Below, piece by piece: positions 49,101 through 63,012 of a stretch of DNA of 64,000 nt. The position numbers and the translations under genes are program-made. Origin of the DNA: Phoronis australis (taxonomy: Eukaryota > Animalia > Phoronida); contig NMRA01000017.1 in assembly GCA_002633005.1 (NCBI GenBank), positions 268,260 to 332,259 on the forward strand, written 5' to 3'. The notes beneath the pieces are model-generated. The model saw only the letters and a program-made list of their open reading frames with translations. It did no database searches and was not told where the DNA came from. Position 1 is the stretch's first letter, and the number at the start of each line of letters is the position of its first letter.

Positions 49101-51572
49101 ATGTTTTGGCTCTTCATACTTAGGTAATAATAGTCTTTGAGACTTTCAGTGATGTTGTATCTTTCACTATGAGCAACAACCCTGCCCTCTGTTGTCCATT
49201 ACGTTGAACGAAGGTCACCATTTTCAGTTCATGGTTTGTTATTTAGAAGTTATTTAAAATCAAGTAGCTTCACTATTTGATCAACTTAGGTGAGGTTTGA
49301 TTTTTGCTCAAAGTAAATGTTAATTATTTCCTGTAATCCGGTTGATAAGTCTTAAATTTGTAGATAAACCAATGCCTGTGTTCAAGCCAAGTGCTTTGCT
49401 AGACCAGCCTAATGGTTGTGTATTAATGTTTTTGTAGCTCTGCTTCCAGTTTGTAGTCTGTTCCATCAGTCTTGCACAAGATGTGGAGTTCAATATTATG
49501 CACAAATCTCATGTTAACGAACTCTGATGTCTTCCAAAACTCCGTTTCTTTAGAAAGGTTGCGTAAGTGCAAATTATGCAGTAGTCATCTGATACAGTCT
49601 AAACATTTCTGTGCATTAAGCGAAAATCTCCTGGTCTTGGTACTTGTAACTTTTCAGCATTTGTGCGTAGAGGCCGGTGATAGAAATAAGAGCCTCACTC
49701 TCATCTCCCCCCGTTATGTACACTAGTTAATCCAGTCATTTTTCAAAATTATACGAGAATTCTCATGTTTGACGCACAATATAGCGGAAGAAAGAGGAAT
49801 TCTATTTTGTCAAATTTCTGCACAAAAATAAAGATTACCGTATTTAGAAAATTTCAGTCTCTTACAAATTTGGTTTGTATACTGTGTAGATTTCATATAG
49901 CAACATTAGTTTCCTTTCTTTCCAACGTTTGAAAATTGGAAAATGGCAATTTTGGGAACTATTTTTGAGTGAAATAATTGGACAATTACCGAATCTTTAA
50001 AGAAAGACGTCTTAGAAAGAAAAGACCTCACTGTCTAGTTATTCATCACCAATTATACATAACCATACCATGCAATTCATTGACTTGTTTTTTGTTATTT
50101 CTCAAACTAAAGCTATATTCTTTTTTTCAAAAAAATTGTTTCCTCTGTTTAAAACGGCATTAAACCCACCTTACGTCACAAAACTTATTTTTTGATTCAG
50201 AAATCGGTCTCAAACTATTCCTTAGTCTCGTCTGAGCATGGAACGAGATATGACCAATTTTGTTGCAGCAAGTGGCCTAATCAGAAATCTGCATCTTGGA
50301 CGGAACGGGTTTATTATCACTTTAAGATGGTTTAAAATGCAAATAGAATTGTGGCCGCTTACTCTTATCAAATTACGGAAAAATTCTTCAATTTGGTACA
50401 AAAATAATAGTAGTAAAATTGCCGTATCTTTATTTTTCTGATGGTTACATGTTGTTGCAAAATGCTCAAAATCTTAGCAAATTCTGTTTGGTAATAGCTT
50501 CACCATACTAACTGCTCTAAAAGCAAAGTAAATTTTACTAAATAGTTATTTTTGTTGAGGATATGACAAAATGAAATTTCAGCAAACAGAAGAATCTTTG
50601 TTATGCTTCAAAGTTTCCCTTACTATATGGAACTTTGTTTCTGTTTCATTAACAAGAACATTCAAACCTTCAGCACTTTTACCAGTGCTGCCATGCCCAG
50701 TGAACAAAAACTCAAAAACGATGCACTTTACAAAGGGTCAAACTGGTACATAGGCAACATAATAAACTGACTTGTTTATTAAGTTTGTGTAGCCTACTGA
50801 CTGGCCCTTTATAAAACTTTGGCTAACAGAAAGTGGTGTTCATTTGGGCTGAAACAAATTACCACTTCCCAATTATCCTTAGAACAGGCTAATGGTTTAT
50901 GACTTTCTAATACTGGGCGTGTTGAAGAACATCTGATTATGATGTGCTGAGAATCACACCCTGAAATTTACAAGTATTGTGTGCTGAAGGAGTAGTATCT
51001 ATGTTTAAAACTTTGGTTGCAAGAGGCGTTCTTATTTTTGACGACATGACATCTCTTAATGTATAGTTTGAGGCTTAGGTTAAGAATTATCCCTCTTGGA
51101 AAGGATGGTGTTTCTGATTTAAAATCCTAGGAAAAGGTGACTTTTTTGGCATCTCAACAACTGGGTCCCTTTTCCGTTCTCTATTGTTAGGTGTCCTAAT
51201 TTTTCTGTTGTACACCCCTCCTGCCAAAATATAGTCATTGATCTTACCATGTAACAAGATGTGTTGTGTACCCAGGCTATTATCTTCTGACCACTCACAA
51301 GTATTACTGTACAGGCGCTGTGGGATCACAGTTCATGACGTGCTACAAGGAGGTTCATGTCAGAAGACAATACAGGTCGTTGTGCTTGAAGTGAGCCATG
51401 CTCAGACTCTATAGCACACGCACACAACATACACACACACTCAGTGTACAGTGGTGGATGTGGTTTTATAAACCATCTCTGTCTGACTGGTATGCTTTAC
51501 AGCTAATGTGTCATAAGACAGTAAACCGCTGGAGAAGTAGGATTGCTACAGTCTGTTCCTCAATGGGCATTG

Positions 51573-51672
51573 ATGGTTGACACAGGCTCAGCTTCAGGGT
51601 TGGACATCGTCAAAAGGAGTTTTCTTCTGGCCATGAAGACAATGAGGAGTTTATTCAACAGTGGAAAGAAAA
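51573..51672 (+). CDS. Alternative first coding exon (MVDTGSASGLDIVKRSFLLAMKTMRSLFNSGKK +1 nt)
   Basis: First in-frame ATG after TAA at 51522, 33 codons + 1 nt, donor AAA|GTGAGT (phase 1). A second frame (…KEFSSGHEDNEEFIQQWKE, phase 2) is also open. Confidence 0.55.
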
Positions 51673-51949
51673 GTGAGTAAGGATTAGTATACTCCACACT
51701 CAATGATTACTGTCTCGCATTCAATATACAGGTCTGCTGCATGCATCTCTGTAGTTAAATTTTTTTGTGATCGTTAAATACTGTTAGTTGTCAATCAAAT
51801 TTAAATGTGCTCTTTCCGACACCATGTAGCTGTTTGCCTGTTGGATTTCATTAATTAAGGTGCCGAGTAAATTGTTTTGCCTTGGAGTGATGCCATGCGT
51901 AGCATTATAATCAAGTTTCTCAAACTAGGGAATCCTCCTGAGCTGAATT

Positions 51950-51965
51950 TGTGTGTATGTGTGTG

Positions 51966-52003
<38 letters not shown>

Positions 52004-52004
52004 C
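51950..52004. repeat. (TG)n/(CG)n alternating purine-pyrimidine microsatellite
   Basis: TGTGTGTATGTGTGTGAGTGTG...GTGCGCGCGCGTGTGTGC. Confidence 0.9.
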
Positions 52005-54630
52005 CCGCTGGTCCTTTAATCCTTTAATATTGGATTCACCGTGGTCGTGTGGGTAACGCGGTAAGATCACAAGAGTGACACGTCCTCACTACCATATGTT
52101 AGGTCTACTGACTGATTCCTGACCATCCTTCCATATGGTTATTTCTTTTGAGTTTAATTGGTGAGATCAGGCAAATCTTTGCAAGATATCGCCTTGCATA
52201 ATAAGCACAGGAGGGGGAAACAACACAGCTACAGCACTCATGAACATAGTTCCTCACTTAATTTACCACTTAGGTACTGTGGATATTTTCTGTGACTAGA
52301 CACGTCTTGTAAACGTCATGTTTAACACCCATGCATACGAAAATCTTCAAAGTAATTAGTGCTTGGCAAACCTTTTAGTTAACTAAATCAGTGTACAGCA
52401 TTTACAGAATATTTTTGTGTTATGAGCAAAAAATGCCTTAAAATTTATTGTGAGAGGTTCAGTCTGCAGTTTAGCCCTGACATTTAAATGGAATGCAGTT
52501 TTATAAGGTACGACTGGATAGAGGTATGTCTTTGAGTCTTCTGAACTGTGTAAGAGGAATGTCTTGCCAAACTATCATCTTCATCCATGTTTTGTTGTCA
52601 GTTCCATTGTTTTCCTTTTATCGTGTTTCTAGGGATTGGAGCACTAGAGTCCTATTTTTCAAGTGGTGGGGGGGGTGGGGGGTTGGGGATGCATTCCTAA
52701 AGTTACCCCTGAAACTGATTCAGTGTTTGTACTTTGTTGTGTTACCTTGCTGAGTGANGTTTAGACCAAGATGGCTTTTACAATGCTGTCAATCAACTGT
52801 CAAAATAGCAACAATGCATATACTTTGTATATGCATTGTATATTTCTTCCTGCTTTGAAAAAAGAGCCCCCACTGTGAGCCTTCAGAGGCTTCCTAGTAT
52901 TCATTACAATGTGTGAGTCCAAACTTGAAAGGTTCCTATAGACAGTGGGCATCCAAATGATGCATTGGGCATCCTTGCCAGGGCCTCCAGATTAGTGCTA
53001 GGAGGTACCCTGCATATAGGCCTGCGCTGCTGTATCTCCTGAACCCCTTGCAGAATCTCAATTACGTTTGGCAGCTGTTATCCTACGAAGCTGACGATAG
53101 ATGATGATGAGTTTTGGACCGATCCTACTACCGCTGTGCCTCCTAGTGTCAATTTTAATTATTACGTTTCCATCTGTCATCGGAATGCATTTTCACAAAA
53201 TTTGGCAATTAGGTTTCTATTAACGAGACCACTATGTCTTTCCATTTTTGTGTGGATTTGTTATATTTTGCACCACTTGGTTTCCATTTTTTATTATTTT
53301 CTCATTTGTTTTTGTCATCCATCTCTGTCAGCCAAACTACTCAAAAGATCATGAAAATTGACAGATGCGTTCCTGATGAGATCAAGGGCTGACCTTTATG
53401 TTTGTAGAGGTCCTGCTACTGTGGTGCTTCTTAGTGATTTTGTTTTTATTTTTTTGCTCCACAGGTATAATTTCGTAACCCTTTGGCAATTTCAATGATA
53501 CCTATGAGCACTTTGCAGCCTACCGTTAGTGTTGCAGTTGAGCGTACTTTTCCAAACTTTGCGCTGCTCTTGTGATAATACATTTTAAGATTTTGCTGTT
53601 AAGATCTGTAAATGCGACTAATGGTAAAGCTATGTTGCTGGTAATTACCTTAGTAACATGCAACACTCTGCATGTGGTCTGTCACTATAATGAACATACC
53701 AGTAGAAATATCTGAGGTGATGAAACAATAGAGATGAAAGACACATCTGTGTCTAACTGTCTTTTAGTACTTTTTGAAAGTAATTGACCTTGAGGCAAGG
53801 TATTAGAAAGTTGATATGCAAAACACGGAGGTTAAGATGCACCTTTTTTACTGCAAGTTGCAATGACATAATGTTTCAAATTTAACATAATGCTGGGTTG
53901 GTACAGCTCATGGCCAGCATTACCTCACAGAGGCTGAAAAGGTGCAATATGTGCCTACTGTGGGGTGTTGATGAAACAACACAGGGCATATCTCCATGTT
54001 GACTATTGCATGGTGTTCTATGTCTTTGCTGCTTGTGTTGAACCAGTATATATTCATATATCTTCATATACACAAGACAAACCAGTGTTTTTGGATTAAA
54101 CCATAATTGACTTGTACGCAGTGGCAGATAGGGATGAGACTTTATTGACAATGAATCGTTGACAACACTTAGCACCATCATGTTCATCCTTTATGTGATT
54201 GATAGCAAACTTACTAAGCTGTATGCTTGACTTCTGTTAAATAGTTGTGTGCGTCATTATTTTCCGTCCACTTTCTACTGCAAATTTCTCAATTGTTAGT
54301 ATCACTGTAATCTGCATGAGCATATGTAGTAAAGTGATATAGAGCATTAGAATCTTCAGTGAAAGCCAGACACACTGCCAACTGAGCCTGTCCAGTGGGC
54401 ATATGTTACTGTTTCAACCCTAATCAACTGTAAATTTCTGGAGTCAAGTATTTCTATGTTCACTATTCACCAGTAATTTAGGCCCAGTTGTTCACTGGTG
54501 TTTTAAGGCTGTCTCCACTGTCAGTAAGCATGGGCTCTCAATAAGTGTTGGCGTCTAAATCCCTTGCTGGACTTTGTTGGGGCTGTGGGCTATATTTGCA
54601 CAAAATGCCTTACTGGAAAATATCCTTCCA

Positions 54631-54811
54631 CAATTGACCTATTGCCAGGATTTTGAGTGACGGCTTAACTGACCATTCAGAACGCCTCATTATTGATTCA
54701 TCTTCTTTTCCAAGCCGCCATTTTACCCGACAAACAACACGTTGCCGGGTACAACTTATTGTTTGTTAGTCGACATTGCGCAAGGGGGCGGAGCTTGCGA
54801 TAGGTCAATTG
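54631..54811. mobile_element. MITE with AATTGACCTAT termini
   Basis: CAATTGACCTATTGCCAG ... CTTGCGATAGGTCAATTG. Contains GCCGCCATTTT and GGGGGCGGAG motifs. Confidence 0.7.
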
Positions 54812-57800
54812 TTTTAAGGTTTGCTGAGTGTGCTGGAGCCAAGCAACTAACTCTCTTGGTTAAAAGTGACTTTTAGCAATTTTTAGGTTATGTTTTTGTG
54901 TGCCACCAGATGTCACTAATGTCTTGTCATCACTAATGGTCTTAGTTCCATGCATGAACGAATTTTTGATGTGTACACATTTTCGAATTTGCAGTTTTAA
55001 TGTTGGCCAACCACAGTTAACTGAGTCGCTGGTGGTTTGTATGTTCTCTTTGTAAGGAATATTACAAGACTGGTTTTATGAGAGTGAAAGGCCTTATTCA
55101 ATTTTCATTTTTAGCCACCTAATTGTGTCAAAATATAACATTAAGGTCACTGTCTACCTTTGTTACCAAAGATTTGATTTTTTAAAATAACTTTTGATCT
55201 ATTAATAGCAGACCCGTAGAAATGTATGTTTTTAAAGTCATTGAGTATCACAGAATTTTATTGTGTGCATTTTTTATAAGAAATTACAATTTTTCACGGA
55301 GATGGCCACATTTTTCGCTCGAAACTTGCAAATTCTGTTTCTTTGTTCCATTAGGTACAATATGGTGTCTGGGATTTCCTCTGAAGGCCTCTGTGCCTAT
55401 GAAATCCGCTGTCAAAAATCAAGATGTCAACATTTTTGAAAAATGGAAGTCTTGATTTTTGACATTCGATTTCTCGGGCTCAAAGGTCTTAAAAGAAAAT
55501 TTCAGATGTTTTTGTAGTTAATAGAACAAAGGAAAGAAATTGCAAATTTTACGCAAAAAAACGATTTTGTGATCTCCCTGAAAAATTGTGGTTGTTTACA
55601 AAAAATACAGTCACTGAACATTGTTTTCATGCACAAAATAAGATTCTCCTATTCCCAAGGATTTTAAAATGGCATGGCTTCAGGATTAGACCTTAATTGA
55701 CAGACAAGAACTACATGAAAATCCCTAGGCACATAAATTGTCATCTTATTAACATATATCTACATGGCAGCCAATATAGTTTTACATTAATAACACTTGT
55801 TTTCTGACTTCTGCAGCAACTTTTGCACAATTAATAAATAAATCAAATAGATGCTGGAATGCCGTGCAGTTTCCCACGGATAAGAATATAAAATAGTAAC
55901 AATAGTAAAAGTAAACTTCGGTAGACAATTTCTTTAAATCCTTTTAAGTGGCTGTTAAACAGGTGTGTAAAGTTTCCAAAGGTTATTGTTGTGGTTTTGA
56001 GTGCTAGTGGGGATGACACACAGGTGTGTATCCTCAAAGTTGCTTTGTTGTTCTACATAGTTAAGTTCAAAATAGTGCTGCACCTCTGACTATTAGTTTC
56101 AGACTGTCTTTACCTTGTCTCTATCTATCACGATTTGCTCTCACATGCATTGTGTGTGTAACGCTGACGTTTCCGTTGCGAACAACATTTACATTTGAAG
56201 ATGAACTAGCATATCCTTATAATAGTTTCGCTTTACACACACAATCAGTCATGATGGGCGGTTATGCTAATTAGACAATGAAAATGTATGTGGAACATTG
56301 ATCTCTTGCAGTTTTTGATTGCATTTACGGTATGTACACTTGTTGGTGGTCATCTTTTGAGAAATTAAGAAAGCTGTCCTTTTTTATTCAAAATCTTCTT
56401 TTCCCGATAACAATTCTTAAGCCTCATTATTACATTAAAGCTGCGCTATCTATTTGTGTTGCCAAAGGGAACATTGAAGTCAACAGTGACATGAGAAAAC
56501 ACTTCAGAGTTAATTGGGGTTGACCATCCCTAAAATAGTGATTTAGTGAATGGCTCCTGTACACATTGCTTGTTATTTGAGTTGGCGCCTTCAAGTTGCT
56601 GAACAAGATCGGAAGAACATGGTCGATGAAAATTTTCTGATTGAAACACAAATTTCTGAACAAAAGTAACCTTTCAGGAAAATGTTCTTTGCTTCTGGCG
56701 TGGTTTGTACGGCTTGGCTAATGCTAAACAACATTCTTTAAAATTTTGATCATTTGCAAGAATGTGGCAAGCGTCTGAAAAATAGAAATGTGGCAATTAT
56801 AGCAATTAGTTTTGTCCATAACTGAAGAATTTTTACTGTAATGTTTTTAAACGCCAAAGTGCTTCTTTTAAGAATAAAACATTGACAGCAAAACAAGGCC
56901 AAAATGTAGTTTTAATGGATGTAAATATGAAACTTTGCCAAAACTGAAGTTTGGTTAATCTTATGTCCTAAATTCCTAAAAGAATCCTGTATTTAGTAAG
57001 GAATACAAAATCTGGAAACTCACATTTCTGGTAACAAGGGGAGATTCTTCACAAAAATTGCCCAGAAGAGAATTTGAGATTCCTGTGTTGTACAATTTCG
57101 AAACTCTTCGGTAAAATATGACCAATTTCAGCAAAAATAATTGCCCCCTTTTCATTTTTCAAGGATTTTTGACTGTGTTGTAAATTAACAGTATATTTCA
57201 TAGTATAGTCTGGTGTAACTATGGCCCAGAATTTCGGGGCCGACAAATCGTTATGGTTTCAGCCATGTTCTGCGTACCTTTAGGTCTAAAAAGTGCTTCT
57301 TAAGTATAGACTTTAAGATGTTGCGGATTTTCAGCATTTGCTTCTCTTTAAAAACTAGCTGAAACAAAAACACCTTCAAAGTTACTGAAGATTGGGACAG
57401 AAAAAACTGGTAAATGATGAGAATCTGATAGCTGAGAGCACAAAATCTTATCTATAACATGTGTCGTAATTACCATTGTATAATGTAATTTGCATTTTGG
57501 TCTTTTTGTGACTGATTGACCAAGGAAAAACGTTCTTGCTTGGCAATGCCTGTGACTAGAGCTGGTTACGGAAATATAATTCTATCGTAGTTTGGAATAT
57601 TACGAGGCCGATTTATGAAAGTAAAAGACCTAATTTCATTTTTAGTCAGCTAAACAAGGTGAAATACTGCTGCTAAACTATGAAGGGTTATTCACTGTCT
57701 CATCTGGAGATTTAGTCACTGTTAACATGTAACTTGAGCAATATCAGTATTTATCAAGAGTCTAGCTTAGAATTTTGTCTATGTCATTACAAAAAAAGCT

Positions 57801-59905
57801 TTCTCCAGTCAGTGATTCATCAAAAACTGCTGACAATATTGCCCTCAAGAATTGTTCTAAATGCCAGAGAATGACTTAATCAGGTCTGTGTTTTAACATT
57901 CTAACACTGGTCTTTAAAATGTGTAGAGTACAGATGCACGAAATTTATCGGATGTAGCAGATTCTACTGTCTGTTGTCACCGCAGTGAATTGCATATTTT
58001 TGTTCCGATTTTGTATGAAAATATTTTGCCAAAGTTTGATGAAAGTAATTGCCAAAATTGGATGAAAGTAATTTCCAAAATTGATTTTTTCCACTTTTCA
58101 TAAGACATTTAACATGTTTATATGAATGTCAGTCTCTGAGAACAGTGTCTGGTAGCAGCTATGGTAGAGAACTTGAGAATGACAAAGGATTTATTTGGTG
58201 CTATTTACGTTTTATTAAAAATGAAACAAGATTTCACTTGTCTGTGTTATTGTTGCCCGGTAAGTTGGTGACAATTTCAAGTTGGTTCAAGAAGCACAGA
58301 AGTGGGGTTGTGTAATTCTATTGTACAATGCCATCTATTGGTGATGGTTAAAACTAAACTGGCATAAATCTGTTATTTTACAGGATTGGCAAACTAAGAA
58401 CTGTCAAAATGAGTCACAATAATGCAAAGTTGTGTTTTCTTCATATTATCAATGGTTACGTATTCTTTGTTACTTGTGCAGATTTACCTTTTTCAAATTC
58501 AATTAATAATAGAATTTTAAAAGCCCTTAACTCATAATAATATATTTTTCTGAAACTAGACGTGGAGGTCATCTGAATACAATTCTCAACACCCTCATAC
58601 TTGAGGTCATGGGACCAGACGTTGTTATGGTATAAAACTTTCTTTGAAAGGTAAATTGATCAGGAATAGTCCTTCGACCAGAATTTTTCAAACTTCTGGT
58701 ATTCTAATATATAATCAGAGTCTTGCGTAAATATCCTCTCTAGCACTTTCCGCTGTAAATAGTCGAAGCTTTTAATTCAAAGAATATGTATCCAATGTTT
58801 ACTACACGAAGCATACATGTAGTAGTGGTCGAAAGAAAACATAGATTTTATTGTTGCAAAAATTGAGCTTGGAAACTAAAAGAACTATCATTATGAGATC
58901 ATTTTGTGATGAAATATACCTTGGGTATTATTTGCAGCAACTTTTTGAAGTTTGGGTAGGGTCGACTTGAGCACCGTGACTCCAATCTCGGACTCTGTTG
59001 ATAACTACACCTGAACTTTTATTCTCATTAAAAATTCCTACTATAGTTTTGTGCTGCCTATCAAAGTATAGATACACTTAAAAACTTCTAAACGATACTT
59101 GTAGACTGCTGATTCTCATAGAATGTGATCGCAAAGATGGGAGTAAACCTAAAATAGGACTTTGCATTGTAATATAAATCTAGCCCCACTCTTGATTTCA
59201 TTGACCCATCGCACATGAACAAACCTGGCATGTTTCTAGTAACTGCTTTGGTTTTAAGTAGAAAAAAACCATTGAAACAACTACCATAGTGTCTAAAGCA
59301 CTTTCTACAATAAATTCTCCAAAATTGGATGAAATGTGGGTTGCAGTATTTTTGCATTGGCGTGATAACTTTTTTCCGCATTTCCGATTCCGTAATGTAT
59401 TGCGCAAAAGTTGCGGCAAAGGGACCTTGCGTGATCAGGCCTAAACACATTGTTTACCATGACATAACCACGTTACGACCAGTCACATACAATGGGTGTT
59501 GGCCAGTCTAGCTGCTGGTCATCCACCAACTGAAAGGTAAAGAGTTAGTCTTACCTGTGCCAACAATACAAACAGGTGAAACTTTCCAAGCTCCACCTAG
59601 GTAGTTAAATGGCTTTATTCATACAAAGTCTCTGCAATCACCCCAGGTCTATAATGACAACTTGAGTTATTGCATCATTTAGATTATGTCTCTTCAGTCT
59701 ATCTTAGTTCTCATTTGCAGGTAGTTAGTAATCATTTTAAGCCCTGGACTTTTCACTGGGCAGTTTGCACTAAGGTTTCTCGCCTAGAGCGTACTTTGTT
59801 TTTGCTTACGTCCAAATTGACCATGTCTTTTGGATTTTTTCAAGCATTTAAAAAAGGTCAGTGATATTTATTATTTGAGAGGTCTGTTTGACCCTTCAGT
59901 TTGCA

Positions 59906-60072
59906 TGGTTTGATGTTAGCTATGCAGTTATTACAACTTTCAGCTGTTATTCAGAAATGTCTGGTTTGTTGCTAGTTGTGCAGTGTTCACAACTTTCAGC
60001 TGTCGTTCAAAAATGTCTGGTTTGGTGTTAGATTTGCAGTTTTCACAACTTTCAGCTATGTCATTTAAAAAT
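59906..60072 (+). repeat. ~57-bp tandem repeat, ~3 copies
   Basis: Repeated TGGTTTG.TG.TAG..TGCAG...ACAACTTTCAGCT....TCA.AAATGTC. Confidence 0.8.
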
Positions 60073-61666
60073 ATATTATCATTCAGTCTCTGTATTGCCT
60101 GCCAACATGTCAACTCAAGACTTTGTGTTTTTGTAGGCTACTATGTGCACTCTGTCCATTTACCTCACATCATGTGAAGTCAAAAGATGTTGTATTGCAC
60201 TGACGCAAGTTTAGTTCATTTCACTTGCTTGCTGCCTGTATCTACACAAGACTGTTAACATGTATTTTGCTTCTGCAGAAATTTGGTGGTAGTTACTAGA
60301 ACTTTAAAAAGGTTTCGAGTACTTCCGACTAGTAATTTCATTTTGACATTTGTAGTTCTTGTACATTGTGTTATTATTGATAGGAATTTTATCAGATAAA
60401 TGTAAACAGATCGTCACCTTAGACAAGCAAAATAGGCCAAAACAGCAGTAAAAATAAGCGTTTTTTAAAAATCACACTGCTACCTAGTGATAGAATTTGA
60501 AACTTTTACTTACAAATGTCTGTGTCGCTTTGATAGACAAGTGACAAATTCAGGTTTAAATCTGTTTCAACTGAACGTGTATGAGAAGGGCTGCAATATC
60601 GGGAATAATTTCGGGATCGTGTTCTATGTCATTGGTACAAAAATAATTTCATTGACGCACTCCAATTGCATGACTCGGTCCAATAGGCCCTTTAAAATTG
60701 GAAGCAAAAAGGGACAAAAACTAACATGGCCCATAGGTCCTGCAAATTGGCTCATAGACCTTATACCATTTGGGTCTATTCGCCGTTACCCAGGTTTTTC
60801 TAAAATGAGCTGTGAATATTGAGCTCAAAATTGTGTTATTATATGTTCATTGAGACGTGCACGAGGACAAAAATTGGCCATCAATCAACAGTTACCTGGT
60901 AATTGGACTTTTAATTTAAACTCCTAAATTGCTTATTATTGATCAATTGCAGATTTCTAATATTTCTATACAAAGTTCTATTCAAAATTGAATGTGAAGT
61001 TCATTTTTTGTGAAGTTTATTTTTTGTAAAGTTCATGGAGTGTTGGCCCCTTTCAGATTTTAATCTTAAACATTGTCTATGTTAAATCAGACTGAAAACC
61101 ATGTTAATCTGGTTACACTGACAAGTTAAAGACAATCTTTGGGCTTCATTTTCGTTAAAAATCAGTATGAAAACCAGCTTTATTAAAATATATTCTCTAA
61201 TGATGTCTAGTCAGCATGGCGTAATACGCTTTGGGGTTTAAAAACCAACAGAGTACATTTCACCCTGTTGGTGACGCCTGAGTCGTCCAAGTGTCCCAGA
61301 AGAGGAGTTGTACATTGTGCTGAAAGACGTAAGTCTCGTTATGTCCATTATCCTGCAAGCTGTCTATGTCTCTACTGGATGCACAGAGACACCTAGCAGT
61401 AATATGGAGTACTATATTAGACAAGGCACAACCTTTCAAGTGCACTACTGATACAAATATACATCCTTTGAAGTGGTTCAATCCATGCTGTTTTTACGGA
61501 TGTTGCCTTACAAAGTAATTGTATTAATTCCATTTCATTATTTGGATGTTTTACAGAAATCGTTAGCATGGTGTTGTACAAATAGTTGGAGCAGGGCCAC
61601 TGAAGTCCCTACTGTCATGTGGCCACATGCCACTCCGTCGCCAGCTATTGATTCCAACATCCGGCT

Positions 61667-61977
61667 CAGGGACGGATCCAGGATTTTGGGGGGCCAGGGT
61701 ACATGAATAACCAGAATTTCGCCTCATGGGCGCACCCAACCTAAAATGTAGGGATCTTTGGGATCTCGAATTTTTGGGTTTGTGGACCTTATTACTAAAA
61801 AAATCACACACAAACAGGGTTTGTTCAAGGCCTATGCATTGCGCATTCGTACCCCGAGCCCTCCTGGTTGCGCGCATATGCTAGTCAGCAATTTACATCC
61901 CAAACTGCCAGAATTGTAGGAATTGTAGGGGGGCCATGGTGGCCCCTTTGGCCCCCCTCCCCCTAAATCTGCCACTG
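61667..61977. mobile_element. MITE related to 43091-43230
   Basis: CAGGGACGGATCCAGGATTTTGGGGGG ... GGCCCCCCTCCCCCTAAATCTGCCACTG; shares GGGGGCCATGG with the 43.1-kb element. Confidence 0.6.
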
Positions 61978-63012
61978 CTGCTGTGTGCAATTTCTTCTCA
62001 GCTGTTCCAGAATACCGTCCTTGGCCATGGATGTGATCTGAAAGGAAGTCCCGACTTTATAGAATTGCATTAACGTTCATGGATGTTTTGAATGAAAGTA
62101 AAAAAACATTATTTTCAATTTTTGTAACTCAGTAAACTGAATCCAGTGTGGCTGAGGCCTCCACCTGAGAACCACCTGGTAGTGGCCAATGAAGTTATTG
62201 TCTACTTAGGCAAACTATTACACTTACCATATTGGTACTCAGCCATCAGTGATCATGACAGAAACCTGTTCAGGTAAAAAGGATAAGATTGCAAAGATGA
62301 CAGTGTGCAATGTTTGAAATGTTTCCGTTGAGTCATCATTTTACTGAATGAGACTCTTTGATGATACCCACCTTTGAAGAACCACACAGTGCTGATTAGG
62401 TTGAGTTGAAATCACAAACTTCATGCTAGAATCAATCAAGATAGCAGCAGTGAATCAGTGAACTCTATTCTGTACATGGTGTTAGTGCGGGAGCAGTAAA
62501 GTCTCACCAACTTCAGACAAAAATATTTGTAATTTTTCAGAGGTTACTAACTTTCTAATGAATACCCACTAATTCTGATGACATCATCTATATGGTGGCG
62601 ATGATATAGAACTTTGAAATCTTAAAGCATATATTGATTATTACCGATGCTTCGTGAAAAAATTAAGAATTCTGCCTTCTGCCGATTTGTGGCGAGATTT
62701 TATTATAATTAGGCACCGTAATGTGCCGTATGAAACACAAAATGATGAACCAATATAATGGTTCTCAAAACTGCTCTTGCATCATGGGCATTTGACTGGT
62801 CGTGCAGTAGTACAGTAGTCATTGAAAAAGTTGCCGTACAAATTCCTGTCTTTGTCTAAGTTATATTTAAAGCCCATAACTAAATGAGACGTAAAATAAT
62901 GTTAAGTAGTAGAAAAACGGCTGAAAATTGCTTTTCTTGAAATCTCGGTACTGATTAGAAGAGGTGCAAGTTGCCCTAGAAGAAGTTACCCTACCTCTAT
63001 ATGATGGAATAC

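Noticed and set aside
5686-51672. Assigning the alternative-exon gene to PKA-C, PDE10, PFKFB, Abl or KChIP
   Set aside because: Only the architecture is similar. No conserved catalytic-domain exon was found in the window, so no gene symbol is given.
59492-59543. MGVGQSSCWSSTN with a myristoylation-like start and nearby donor AAG|GTAAAG
   Set aside because: In-frame TGA precedes the donor, so it cannot join a downstream exon.
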